Source: Octopus sinensis (taxonomy: Eukaryota). Taken from it: a DNA stretch of 64,000 bases. Location: assembly GCF_006345805.1 (NCBI RefSeq), contig NC_043013.1:186001-250000 (forward strand), written 5' to 3'. Below, one piece after another: positions 48,996 to 61,845 of the stretch. A program made the translations under genes and the position numbers. Under the pieces are notes generated by a model. That model did no database searches, had not been told where the DNA came from, and saw nothing but the letters and a program-made list of their open reading frames with translations. Numbering within the stretch: position 1 is the first letter of the stretch; every line of letters begins with the position of its first letter.

Positions 48996-50170
48996 CCTGC
49001 CCCTATGTATGTGTGTGTGTGTGTATGTGTGTATGGGTAGATATATTATGCACGTATATATGTGTACATATTACATGTACATCTATTTATATACATATAC
49101 ACATAAAATACAAAATACAAAGTTATATCTTGATATCGCTAGTGATAACAATACTCAAAATATATAACAGACTGGAATTGTAGGCCTGTCTCTTGCAATT
49201 TCGATCAATTGGATCTTGTCCTCCCTCTTGTATAGAAGTGTACGGCTGCAGCGAAATTCATTTTTTTACTTTCTTCTATCGAAGGCATTTTAACAAAAAT
49301 GCTTCCGTAAAGACGGTGAAAATATTATCAATTTCCCCAAACAGGGACACAATTCAATTTTTAAACAATAACCAAAGCCCCTTCTCCGAAAGGGGGAGGG
49401 TTACGGTTTACAATTATTTACCAAATGCAACACAACAACGTTTCCCTGACGAGGAACCAACAAACGTGATTACAATAGTCAAACAGTAATAATAATAACA
49501 ACAAAGCTTTTTAATTTATCCCCATTTATGTGAAACCACTTATTCAAGTTCAAGTCATTGATGCAACTTTATACGAATTGCTAAAACACACACGCACACA
49601 CACGCACACATAATAAGGGTGAAAAATTGAATATTAATTTGATTAATATGAATTGAAAACCAGTGGTGTAGCATATAAGACCATAGCGGATCTTCCTCTA
49701 GCAAAAAGGATGGCCAGTATTAATGGCTCATCCCTGTTATATAAATACTTTCACTTTAATAGTTTCACACTTGCAAAGAGAAAGTAGGAGAAAGTGTGGT
49801 GGTAATAGCAGGAGTAAACCACTTGAAATCAGAGAGGTAAATCGTAAAATATTGAGTTTTCTCGAATTTTTGCTTAATTGGGGTTCAAATTGAAAAAACT
49901 TTACATGCCATGACCCAATCGAATCTACTTGGAAAAATCCTAGGTAAACTCCAATTGAAGAAATTCTATATTGTAGAATTGTATTAAAATAAGAGATACA
50001 CCAGACTAACACAAATACAGCGAACTAACAAAAGATTGGTATAGAATGCCATGTAATCCCAAGGCGAGATCTGAAATCGAAGTCTTATTACAAGTCAACT
50101 TTGTGAATCCGTAGTTGCATTCCCCCAGTAAATATAATATGTTTGCACAGAGTGATATACAAGAAAAGGC

Positions 50171-50475
50171 ATAAATGATAGGCTTTACATATTTATTCAT
50201 CAGTGGATCGTAGGCTTACAGCTGTTTCTGATTTTATTTATAGTTGTGTTCATGGTTCCGTTTACTCAATCAGTCGATTGATCTGTTGAAAAGATTGAAG
50301 AGCAGAAAAGGGAGAAAAAAATAATTTTTCTTTTCTCTTCTTGTTTCTTTTTTTTTTTCCTTTTCAACCGATCAATCGACCGATTGAGTAAATGGAATTG
50401 TGAACTCACCCTTATAATGCATATAAGAAACAGCTGTAAGCCTATGATCCATAAAGAAAGAAATATGTGAAGCCC

Positions 50476-50480
<5 letters not shown>
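50171..50480. repeat. imperfect foldback with GAAAC-AGCT-GTA in both arms
   Basis: 50171-50293 versus 50360-50480; motif at 50217-50228 (minus) and 50427-50438 (plus). Confidence 0.8.
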
Positions 50481-50570
<90 letters not shown>

Positions 50571-50589
50571 GGCTTCATTCCGTTTCTGT

Positions 50590-50735
50590 CAGCCAAATTC
50601 TCTCGCAAAGCTTTGGTCGGCCCAAGTCTATAGAAGAAGACAAATGCTGAATGTAGTCACGCAAACTTCTTGGTTGGGAATTCGAGAAAGTCAACATGGA
50701 AAGCAAACTTCTTACCACACGACCACGCCTGCGAC
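50590..50735 (-). mobile_element. tRNA-derived SINE head
   Basis: caaagctttggtcggccc...aagcaaacttcttaccacacgaccacgcctgc. Confidence 0.6.
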
Positions 50736-50879
50736 CACATGTAAAGATAAAAGGAAGAGAAGGATACGAGCAAAGAAGTAATCGTCTGTATTGTTAATTG
50801 GGCAGTAAAATGAGAAGTGGAAGAGATGGCGGCAGACGTGTCGATTATGTAACATGCCCGCCTTTTTTTTTTCAAATTT

Positions 50880-51480
50880 TCTTCAAATTCCTATTATTTC
50901 ACTACTAAACCAACTTTGCAAAATTTCAAATATACCACCACCACACATGCACATTTTTTTTCACGCGAAGAAAAGCATAAAGATAAGAGTTGAAAATTCA
51001 CTTGGAATCTTTAAAACGATGTATTTATATTTACTTTACCGGTTTCATAATTCCATGATTTTCAAAAGTAGTCTGAATTGGAGAGTCATAAAGCTACGCC
51101 GTATTTGTATATTGGACAGGAGCCAAAATTTATACTTTATCGTCTGTTCTACGTGTTAACGCGGTCTCTACAGATTTGGTTAATAGATCTGCAAGTATTA
51201 GCATGGAATTTCTTATATAATAGTCTGTGAGTATTTTTATCTAAGCTATATGGATTACTTATTTTATCAAGAGAGTGATTTCTTGATTAGCCAATATGTT
51301 CATTTGATGGCTCTGGAATTTGCTGTTAAACTTCTAGAATGTAATTTTTGGAGTTTTTCTTTTTATAATTTGGGGGTTCTAGAAAAAGGTTTTTGTCATT
51401 CTAAACCATTTAACAAAAGCCAAGAGTTATCAGGTAGAAGGAAAATACTGAAGGAATTGACTGAACCAGCCAATTCCATG
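50880..51480 (-). mobile_element. decayed Penelope-like RT N-terminal fragment
   Basis: DKNTHRLLYK...DDKV*ILAP...FMTL...FEN fragments parallel the 13630-14330 copy. Confidence 0.45.
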
Positions 51481-52599
51481 TAAAAGAACTCGTGGATGTA
51501 GATGAGAACGCGTTGGTTGCTGAAAAACCACAGAGGACACACCGAATAGTGAATGTGTTCTCGCCTGCATCTAAATCATTCGTTCACAAGTTAATAAATA
51601 TCAAAAAACTATTGCAGCAAAACGTATGGTGACACACGAAGAAAGTATGAGAGTTGATGACATCAGTTTGAAAAGACATTACAATTTTTGCAGTTTCATT
51701 TCTAAAGATGGACGAATTGACGCTGTCTTTCGGCGACCGTATCTTCTAGAATGGAACACTCTTCATGTTTCCACCAAACACAAGTGTAACATCAACAGAG
51801 TGTAGGGCTGTGGTGGGCCGGAGGTATAGAGACATTGAACAAAGGGCCGAGGGTTCTGGCGGGAAGGAGAAAAGCGAAGGCGGTCATGTGCGCGGGATCA
51901 TGACTAGCGTGGGTCTCTTTTGCTTTGGGACGGTCGCTCGGGATAGATGTGGTGGTCACATGAATTGAGGGAATTTGTCGTTCGGTTTAGACCGGAGGTT
52001 AGGCGGGTGGGGCTCCCACGAATATAACCCGACTCGAAAGGATTGACGTTACGAGCTGGATGAATTGTAATTTTTGTCACCATACAATTCTGAGTAATCA
52101 TATTAGCCTTTCTGTTGTTTAGTGCCGAATCTTGTATGAGTCAGATGACGAAAGTTCACGTATTTATGATGAAATATCTATGTCAGCCAATAAAACCCCA
52201 TTTTATCCAACCCAACCTTGTTATGATATTCAAATATCTCCACTGTATTCCAGTTACATACAATTTTTTATATTCCATTTTTGTTCATAAACGGCTGATG
52301 ATCAGATGTGAAAAAGTTTTGTGTAACGGTTTGTGAAATTTTAGCTTCCAGTTACATAAACATATACAGACACATGCACTCATAGAACACATATAGATAT
52401 GTGTATGTATCTATTTGTGTGTGTGTGTATGTGAGGATGTTTCCGTATATGTGTAAACATACATGTGTGTATATATGTGTATGTATGAGTGTTTTTGGTA
52501 CAGTAAAAGATTCACTTTTTGACCGGGAAATTATCGTTCACTTTCACTTTCCTACGGCTCTCGATACGAAACAACGCTAAGACGTCACTTTTAACTGAA

Positions 52600-52830
52600 T
52601 ATGTTAATTGGCTTCAGATGGTTTGAAATTTTGGCACAATACCAGCAATTTCAAGGAAGCGGTTAACTCGATGACATCGACACCAGTGCGCAACTGGTAC
52701 TTATTTTATTAACACTAAAAGGATGAAGGTCAAAGTCGACCTCTGAAGAATTTGAACTCAGAACGGAAAGACGGACGAAATGCCGCTAAGCATTTTGTCC
52801 GGAACGGTAATGATTCTGCCAGCTATTAAC
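52600..52830 (-). mobile_element. octopus SINE (gtcgac...aataagtaccag core)
   Basis: ctggtacttattttatt...aaaggatgaaggtcaaagtcgacc...gaatttgaactcagaac; related fragment at 11010-11110. Confidence 0.7.
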
Positions 52831-52924
52831 TTATTCTGTTAATTGAATTCTACAATAATGTTGAGTAAAATTGAACCTGAAACCACCCGGTTACAAAGCG
52901 ACATCTTTAACCATACGATCAAAT

Positions 52925-53290
52925 GTGCTCCTATAATGGCCGCATGGTTAAGAAACTGACTTTGCAACCGCGGCACCTTGCGCAAGTATCTTCCACGATA
53001 GCCAGGGTCCAATCAATGTTCTTGTGAATGACGTTACAAGACAGAAATTGTGCGGAAGCCTGTCGTGTGTGTGCGTGCGCGCATATTCTTTTATTCTTGT
53101 ACTTGTTCCAGTCATTTGACTGCGGTCATGCTGGAGCACCGCCTTAAAGGGTTTCTAGTAGAAGAAATCGACCCCAGGACTTATTCTTTGTAGGCCTATT
53201 AATTTTTCTGTCGGTGTCTTTTGCCGAACCGCTAGATTATGGCATCATAAACACACCAGCATCGGTTGTTGAGCGATAGAGGAAGGAAAA
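52925..53290. mobile_element. two SINE pieces back to back (plus head 52925-53075, minus 3' part 53085-53290)
   Basis: ggttaagaaactgactttgcaacc head; gactgcggtcatgctggagcaccgcc...gaaccgctag body. Confidence 0.6.
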
Positions 53291-53306
53291 ATACACAGAC
53301 AGACAC

Positions 53307-53356
<50 letters not shown>

Positions 53357-53362
53357 TAATAT

Positions 53363-53395
<33 letters not shown>

Positions 53396-53588
53396 TCCTG
53401 GTGAAGGTCAGTTATGGGATTACTCTGGGTTACCATTGCATACAGGTTTTCACTTTATAGCGTATCGTCAAACCCCAAGATCTGTTGGTCTATGACCTCT
53501 TTAAAAGCGATATATTTATATATATATATATATATAATATATAATATATAATATATATATATATATTATATACATGACGGACTTCTTA

Positions 53589-53637
<49 letters not shown>

Positions 53638-53840
53638 ATGTGTGTGTGTGAGTGTGTGTATGTATGTATGTATGTATGTATGTATGTATGTATATAAATT
53701 AGAGAAGAACCACCATGTAGCAATTCAACAATGATATACTTAAATCATACCATATAGAAAAAAATTAAAGATATGATAAAACATTTGCCTAGGACTAAAT
53801 TAAGTACGAAATAATAAATAAATAGTATATAGTTAGTAAA

Positions 53841-53925
53841 TAGACTACACGTGTTTCGTGGTAATATTTTCAAACTGATAACAGTAAGATCAATTCAATT
53901 TAAATATAGTCACTCATCAGGTCCA
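53841..53925 (-). ncRNA. minimal type-I hammerhead ribozyme, intact core
   Basis: tggac CTGATGA gtg[...]cac GAAA cacgtg TA gtcta; GUA triplet, palindromic helix III (ACACGTGT), 5-bp stem I. Confidence 0.75.
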
Positions 53926-54119
53926 AGGTAAAAACAATAAAATAATTAAATAAATGTACGTGTATTATCTAATAAGAAAGTATAAATATATATAAAAACG
54001 TAATTTTTCAATTAAAAAAATCAAACAAAAATTCAACAATAAAGCAAAAACACAATTTTTTTTTTAATCTTGTGAATTAACGTATTACATATAGCTTCAT
54101 TTAATGTATATTATGTTTA

Positions 54120-54197
<78 letters not shown>

Positions 54198-54580
54198 TAT
54201 ATGCTTTAATTATTTTTGTTTTAATTACTTGTATTTTAATTTTTCCAGTAATGATATACTATAGTTTGGTATTTTTTCTCTTCAATAAGCTTAAATATAT
54301 TTTCATAGATGAAATAAATATTTATATCTATTTATTCTAGTTTTATTTACACCACGTTTTTAACGAGATAAATTTATTATAAAAACTAAGTCCTACGTAT
54401 TGAGTTTAAATATTTTAGTTAACAGAATATATTTAATAAGATTTTTTTTTTTGCTTTAAGATATATTGTTGAATTTTTGTTCGATTTTTTTTATTGAAAA
54501 TGACGTATTTTTATATATATTTATACTTTCTTATTAGATAATATGCATACATTTATTTAACTATTTTATTGATTTTATCT

Positions 54581-54665
54581 TGGGCCTGATGAGTGACTAT
54601 ATTTAAATTGAATTGATTTTACTGTTATCAGTTTGAAAATATAGCCACGAAACAAGTGCAGTCTA
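54581..54665 (+). ncRNA. hammerhead ribozyme copy with mutated cleavage site
   Basis: tgggc CTGATGA gtgactatattt...aaatatagccac GAAA caagtg CA gtcta; U16.1 changed to C. Confidence 0.6.
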
Positions 54666-54896
54666 TTTACTAACTATATACTATTTATTTATTATTTCGT
54701 ACTTAATTTAGTTCTAGGTAATTGTATTCTCGTATCTTTACTTTTTTCTATATGGTATGATTTAATTATATCATTGTTTAATTGCTAGATGGTGGTTCTT
54801 CTTTAATTTATATATATATATATATATATTATATTTTGAAATTTGATTTAGTATTACTAAATTGAATTTTTCCTGTAAGTTTGGAATCATATTCCC

Positions 54897-54956
<60 letters not shown>

Positions 54957-55044
54957 CATATATATATACATAATATATATATATATATATATATATACAT
55001 ACCTATATATACATATATATACATTATATATATTATATATATAT

Positions 55045-55153
<109 letters not shown>

Positions 55154-55299
55154 TTGTGTGTGTTTGTGTGTATATATATATTATATATTCCTGGTGAAGG
55201 TCAGTTTATGGGGTTACTCGTGCATACATGTTTTAACTTTATGGCGTATCGTCAAACCCCAAGATCTTTTGGCCTACGACCTCTTTATAAACGATGATG

Positions 55300-55932
55300 T
55301 GGTCGATGACAGTACCACCTGATTGGCGCTCGTGCCAGTGGAACGTTGAGAACACAATCGAACGTGGGGTGTAACCGGTCCACTTATGAGTACCCGTCAT
55401 TCATTGGACAATGAACATTGCTTGCGAAGACCTATTGGGGCAAGTGTAAACAAATCAAAATCGCTGACGTGGCCGATGGTAGTACCACCTGATTGGCACT
55501 CGTGCCAGTTGAACGTTAAAAGCACATCCGAGTGTGGTCGTTGCCGGGGCCACGGATTGGCTCCCATGCTGGTGACACGTGAAAAGCACTATTCGAGCAC
55601 GATCATTACCGGCACATGTGCCGGTGGCACGTGAAAAACCACATTTGAGCGTGGTCGTTGCCAGTGCCGCCGGACTGGCTCCCGTGCAGGTAGCATGTAA
55701 AAACAGCTTTTCAGCATGGTCGTTGCCAGAACCGCCTGACTGGCTCCCGAGCCAGTGGCACATAAAGAGCACATACTACACTCTCTGAGTAGTTGGCGTT
55801 AGGAAGGCATCCTGCTGTAGAAACTTTGCCAGATCAGATTGAGCTGGAGCAGCCTCTGGCTCACCAGTCCTCAGTCAAACCGTCCAACCCATGCCAGCAT
55901 GGAAAGCGGACGTTAAATGATGAGGATGATGA
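55300..55932 (+). mobile_element. long copy of the SINE-like repeat with ~60-bp internal tandem units and (GAT)n tail
   Basis: repeated tggtcgttgccag...gactggctccc...gcacgtgaaaa units; ends ggaaagcggacgttaaatgatgag. Confidence 0.8.
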
Positions 55933-55968
55933 TATACATATATATACGACGGGCTTCTTATATATATA

Positions 55969-56000
55969 CTAGCAGCTAAGCCCGATTTCACTCGGTCTGT
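55969..56000 (-). mobile_element. Helitron-like 3' terminus
   Basis: minus strand gaccgagtgaaatcgggc hairpin followed by CTAG|T. Confidence 0.55.
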
Positions 56001-56495
56001 TTGGATGATGTGGCTGTGATCGTTTCCGGTTAGGCATAATCTATAACAGCGTTTTTCAACCTTATCATTTCGGGTTCCCTGTTTCGATTGGAGCCGCCAG
56101 CTGTATAAAAATTTTCTGATCCCCGCCCCTTGTCAGAAAACAGCTTCAGGTGTTGTGAAGAAAGAATTGCACATAGTCTGTTTCTGAGAGCTATTCTATT
56201 GGACCTCTGTCTAATCACGTCTTTTAAGGCACACGCACATACATAGAAAATGTGAGGTCATGGTAGAAAATTCTTACGATAGTTGATTTATGGAAAAGAT
56301 TATGTTAAATTTTTGAATGAAATATGTGAATGAAAATGAAGTTCAGACCTTTACATGGCAGCTAGACCTGGTAGAAATAGCAGGCAAATCTCCCTCAAAA
56401 CACCCTTACTGTCTTAAACCGACAATTCTGCTTATTGAGTAGTTTGAATGAGAAACTATAACTAAAGATGAAGATTAACCCCACAAAGAGGTGAA

Positions 56496-56595
56496 NNNNN
56501 NNNNNNNNNNNNNNNNNNNNNNNNNNNNNNNNNNNNNNNNNNNNNNNNNNNNNNNNNNNNNNNNNNNNNNNNNNNNNNNNNNNNNNNNNNNNNNN
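56496..56595. other. assembly gap (100 N)
   Basis: run of N. Confidence 1.
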
Positions 56596-57875
56596 AATTG
56601 GAAGTCATATATCTCGACTTCGCAAAGGCCTTCGATAAAGTCGATCACGGAATGATTGTCACAGGCTGCGTGATCTTGGCATAGTTGGAAACTAGGAGAA
56701 TGGCTTCACGACTTTCGAAGAATAGAAGTCAGGTGGTAGTACCAATGGGGCCACTTCCATTAACACGCAAATAATGAGTGGTGTTCCACAGGGCACTGTT
56801 TTGGGACCACTACTGTTCATAATGGCCCTTTCAGACATGCCCTCAGCCACGCAGAGATCCACGATCACAAGTTATGCAGATGATACAAAAGTTTCACAGC
56901 AATACAGAACCCTGAGGACACTAAAAACCTGCAATGTGAGCTGGACGAAATATACAAGTGGGCTGAAAAGAATAGCATGCCGTTCAATGCTGGAAAGTTT
57001 CAAGCTTTATACTATCAGCATGCAAAATTGAATGCCTACCCATGAATACACTGGACCCGGAGGGATTGCAATCCCAGAGGCACAATCAGTGCGTGACCTG
57101 GGTATTCACATGAGTGATGACGCGACCTTTCATGTACATGTTGCTAAACTGACAGTGAAATGTAGACGGCTGGCTGCTGGATTCTTAGAACCTTTAGACA
57201 GAGAACAAGAAACCATGATGGTCCTCTGGAAGACACTTGTCCTAAGCCACTTTGACTATTTCTCTCAGCTACTATGGTCACCATCCAGTCAAGTTGATCA
57301 CAGAACTTGAGGCGATCCAACGAAGCTACACAAGAAGATAGCCTCTATGCAGAATGTAAGCTACTGGAAAGACTCAGAGATTAAAATTATACTCCCTGGA
57401 GCGTAGGCGGGAAAGATATGCCATAATATACATCTGGAAGATCCTGGAGGGAAGTGTCCTGAACTTTGGCATCGAGAGTTACACAAAATGCCAGAACGGG
57501 CGCCACTGCGTGTGCCTAGGACTCCAAACCTGCCATCAAGATGTAGGACAAGATTCTGTGATAGCCTGGGCTTCCGAGGCCCACAGCTCTTCAATATCCT
57601 CCCGAAGAACCTGAGAGACCTGCATTGGGTGGATACAGATGTCTTTAAAATGAAGCTGGATCTCTTCCTGTCAGGTGTCCCAGATGAACCAACTTCACGG
57701 CAGGAGGGGCAGATGAGGGCAGCTGCATCGAACTCTCTCATGCACCAAATAGCAGTTGCTAGAAAAGCCTCCATGACGTAAAACCAGTAGCAACACCAAA
57801 TGGCGGTGCCCCAGCATGGCCACAGCTCATAGGCTGGAACTGGAATCAATCAATCAATCAATCAATCAATCATAT
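56596..57875 (+). mobile_element. CR1-type LINE, RT C-half, 3' UTR and (TCAA)n tail
   Basis: VIYLDFAKAFDKVDH...SGVPQGTVLGPLLF...SYADDTK...VRDLGI...YSLERRRERY; same family as 34088-34620. Confidence 0.9.
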
Positions 57876-58129
57876 ATATAGTATGTATATATATATATAT
57901 GTATATGTATATATATATATATGTATGTATATATATATATATATGTATGTATATATATATGTATATATTATATATTATGTGAAATAGAAAGATGAATAAT
58001 CTTGTAGTAGATTAATCAAAAGTTTAACCGATACCTTAGTAGCAAAAATCACAGCAGTAAACAGCACGGTTGGAGGTACAACCATATGGTGTGCAACCGT
58101 GCGTTGGTGCGGATAATTGAAATTAAAAC

Positions 58130-58520
58130 ATTATTGGTGAATTGAAGAAATGGAGCTGAACGCAGATTGAACAGAAATCGTTTTATTTTCAATTCTACAC
58201 GTGTTTCGAAAGGCACAAATTACCAAATCCGATTGAATAATGGGACCATATGTGTCTTTCTCTTCAGGAAGAAATAGGAATCCGTTGGAAAAACAAAAAC
58301 AGAACCGAGCTGAGCAAAACAAATCGAACTATGCTCCTAAGAGCCCATGGCGAAACTGTTTATCAGTGTATGTTGAGAACCGGTGGCTGAAGAATTTAAC
58401 GGGTCAGGCATCGGTCAATCATGTGGGTGAGGGTGTGTAGGTGTTCTTTGTGACCGAGAATAAAGTTCTGACTATTTAAGGAATATTGGATGTTTTATAA
58501 GGGGCAGAAAAAAATCTACT
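58130..58520 (-). mobile_element. Penelope-like 3' end (endonuclease tail + pseudo-LTR)
   Basis: SLNSQNF-like ORF end upstream of the HHR on the same strand. Confidence 0.5.
58187..58274 (-). ncRNA. minimal type-I hammerhead ribozyme, intact core
   Basis: tttcttc CTGAAGA gaaagacaca...tgtgcctttc GAAA cacgtg TA gaattgaaa; long stem II, GUA triplet. Confidence 0.75.
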
Positions 58521-59364
58521 TAGAGACGTGTGTTGCGTGTATACTGTTCTATATATGTGTGTGTTGCGTAGGGTAAAACATTTTTTGTGTACGTGTGTGC
58601 GTTTGATCGTTCGGCTGTCAGTGGCTACTGCCGTGAGAACCGTTGGGTGGCAGAAAAAAATATATATATATTTTTTTATTGTGTGTGTGTTCATCTAAGC
58701 CTGCCTTGTCAAGGAAAAACCCCCTGCTGTGAAAAAACCAAGCCCCGTTTTGTCTTACAGGAGTAATTCCCCCTTGCAGTGGTTAATCGTAGATATCTTA
58801 AAGGCTATTTCAAATTTTGTTACCAAGGCTATGGGTGCCGGTATTGTTTATAAACGCTATTTAAAAGCCAGATAAGTGTAACGCGCCAATGGGGGCATCG
58901 AAAAGCCGACTGTAAAAGCCCGTTACCATCCGGCCTCTGGCAACATAAATATATATAATATATAATATATATATATATGTATGTATATAATATATGTATA
59001 TATATAATGTATGTATATTATATGTATATCTATATATATATATATATATATATAATATATGTATGTAATATATATATGTATATATATATATATATATGTA
59101 TGTATATATATATGTATATATATATAGATTATATATATTATAATATATATATATATATATATATAATATATATATATATATGATATATATACATATATAT
59201 ATATATATATAAGTGGGTGAATGATATCCTATGCTTATCGTCACCATGGAAAATTCGTTTAAACCGAAACCTGGGTAGCAAATTCACGTCAGAAACACGG
59301 TTGAAGCTACCTGTCAAGGATAGAAACTCCGGGTTCATGTGTAGAAATTTGTGTGTTGCATATG

Positions 59365-59965
59365 AATAAATGAAAGAATGGAGTTGAACGAAGATGTTAA
59401 CAAAATTCCTTTACTCTCGACACATGTTTCGAAGACAGCATGTTTTCATAGCGAGACCAGAATTTCCGAGCCATGATTCTTCGCGCTCATTTTCGGTGGT
59501 AATGAGATGCACTTATTCTCAAGTCGACCGGAATTGGGTAGCGGAGAGTTTATGACGTTTGGAAACGGTCTGGACTTCGTGATACACACCATCTTCTACG
59601 ATCCAGAAGACAAGTTGATGGCTTTAGGCGTGACAAGCAGCGAAGCCTATGCATTCAGACTATTCTATGGGCCAACAGGAGCTGGACAGCCATATTTCTT
59701 TAGGTGCATTGAGCGTTTTCTGGGAACGGCCTTCTCTTTAGCGTTAGTGAGCAAGATAGGAACGGTATCTTGGGGGGCACTGTATGGAGCTAGCTGATAA
59801 AAGAGGGGGATGTAAATGCCTCTCAAATCTGCTCTGACAGGTACTGTCCGGACTTCTCGAATGTGCTGATGCGGACATAGACAAACTACATCAAGTCGTC
59901 CAGATCGTATCAAGATAGAGTTTTCTATGGGCCAATAGACAGGGATAGCATAGGTTGTCAACAAT
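59365..59965 (-). mobile_element. Penelope-like GIY-YIG C-terminus plus pseudo-LTR
   Basis: HQHIREVRTVPV...PLFYQL...NAKEK; ends ttcGAAACATGTGTCgagag...cgttcaactccattctttca, matching the 1720-1887 hairpin arms. Confidence 0.65.
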
Positions 59966-60354
59966 TAAAAACCTTCTTTGGCTAAACCTTCAACTTTTTC
60001 AAGTTTCACATCAAAAGGAAAGGGTTGGAAGTGAAGGATTGCCTTTCAGCTAATTTGATTCAAATTATCTCTTATTTACTTCTTTTGAGTTCGTTTTCTT
60101 TCCCTTTCCAACACGATTTTTTTAATGTAATCCCGCGCGGTATCGTCCTGTACCGTCCCCAAAGTTATTGCCAATCCTTGGTAGTTAATAAAGGAAGCAT
60201 TGTTGTTGTCATCATCACTATTAAAACATTAACAGGAAAATCAGCATCTTGTAGCAGCATCCAGTTTTTCAGTTTTGCACCAGACACAGAACCGAAACAA
60301 AATTATAAATTCTGCCGCCTTTTCCGTCATGTTTTATATATATATATATATATA

Positions 60355-61635
60355 CGAGGGGCGTTCAATAAGTAATGTCCCTTACCCACTTCCCATAGCA
60401 GTAGAGCAACGAAACTTGGCACAGTTATTAGTCTTTTTCTACATAGGAACCACCCAGAGTTACGCATTTCTCCCATCGTTTGATGCGGCTCTGGAGACCG
60501 TTTTTGTAGAAGAACCCAGCTTGGTCCTCCAACCTCAACGTGACTTCAGAAATCAAGGCTGCATCATCTGGGAAACGCTTTCCTTTCAAAAACAACTTCA
60601 TGATTGGGAAGAGGTGAAAATCAGAGGGTGCAAGGTCAGGAAAGTAGGGGGATGGGGGAGGAGTTCATAGCCATACGCCTGTGCTTCTGATCTGGCGACA
60701 AGCGAGTTGTGGACCGGAGCGTTGTCCTGCAGGAGGAGAATGCCTTTGCTGATCTTGCCCCGCCTCTTGATTTTGATAACTTCTCTTAATTTCCTCAAAA
60801 GTGAAGCATAATAGGCTCCTGCAATTGTGGTACCCTTTGCCAGGAAACCTGTCATCACTCCGTCCTGGTCCCAGAAGACTGTGAGCATGACCTTGCCAGC
60901 GGAGGGCTGCACCCTTGCCTTTTTGGAGGGGGTGAGTCACGGTGCTTCCACTGCATTGACTGGGCTTTGGTCTCTGGATCATCGCGATGGACCCAGGTTT
61001 TATCCTGTGTAATCAGTCTTTTGAAAAATTTTGACTCATCTTCTTGGCACATTCCAAATTCATCCTCGAGCACTCGACGCGTTCTTGCTTCTGGAAAGCG
61101 TGAGCAACCTGGGAATCCATCTGGCAGACACCTTTTGCATATGCAAATGGTCATGAATGATAGTTTCCACAGACCCGGTACTAATCTTGACCTCATGGGC
61201 TATTGGCGAATAATTATGCGTCGATCTTCCAAAATGGCAGCCTCAACTTGACAGACAGATGCCTCATCAATGGCAGAAGGGGGCGACCAGATCTGGGAGC
61301 TGTTTCCACAGAGATCCGACCATGTTTGAATTCACGATGCCAGCGTTTTACAAGGTCATATGATAGGCATCATCACCATAAGTTACTTTCATTTCATCAA
61401 AAGTCTCCGTGGTGTGCGTCCTTTCAAATACAAAAACCGGATCACTGCTTGACACTCAACAGGCTCCATTTAACACTTGACTCGGTTCAAACACCGTAAA
61501 TCAGAAACCACAATTAAGTCAGAGCTGTAATTTGCCACTTACTCTATAGAGATATAAATGATTGCACATGCAAAATTTCAGCTAGATCAAACAACTGCAA
61601 GTGGGTCAGAGGCATTACTTATTGAACGTCCCTCG
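60355..61635 (-). mobile_element. full-length mariner element, 1281 bp, TA-flanked, ~25-bp TIRs
   Basis: TA|cgaggggcgttcaataagtaatgtcc ... ggcattacttattgaacgtccctcg|TA. Confidence 0.95.
60428..61469 (-). pseudogene. mariner DD34D transposase, frameshifted (Himar1/irritans-like)
   Basis: ATG at 61469; LITQDKTWVH..DPETKAQSMQWKH; SAGKVMLTVFWD; LLQDNAPVH; ELLPHPP; stop after YVEKD; split across frames. Confidence 0.9.
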
Positions 61636-61640
61636 TATAT

Positions 61641-61712
<72 letters not shown>

Positions 61713-61803
61713 TATACAAGGAAAAATTGTAAAAATGCAGAATGCTCAATTGAAAGAAAATTTTAATGAAATGAGAAATTGAGAAAATATATAAATATAT
61801 ATT

Positions 61804-61845
61804 TATTCAAACCGGTTTTCGTCATCGTGTGACTTGTCAAGAATA
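61804..61845 (-). ncRNA. minimal hammerhead-like motif, U3-A8 core variant (left arm)
   Basis: tattc TTGACAA gtc acacgat gac GAAA accggt TT gaata on the minus strand. Confidence 0.6.

Larger units (their letters stand above)
53691..54814. repeat. inverted repeat, ~360-bp AT-rich arms (53691-54050, 54450-54814) around a (TA)n spacer
   Basis: arms align in reverse complement along their length, with scattered mismatches and indels. Confidence 0.9.

Noticed and set aside
56400-56700. Linking sequence across the N gap to extend the CR1 element
   Set aside because: Gap size and adjacency are unknown
59405-59530. Complete hammerhead using TTGAGAA as a U3-A8 core
   Set aside because: GAAAC-ATGT-GTC is present but stem I cannot be closed with the sequence 5' of TTGAGAA; kept only as a 3' half
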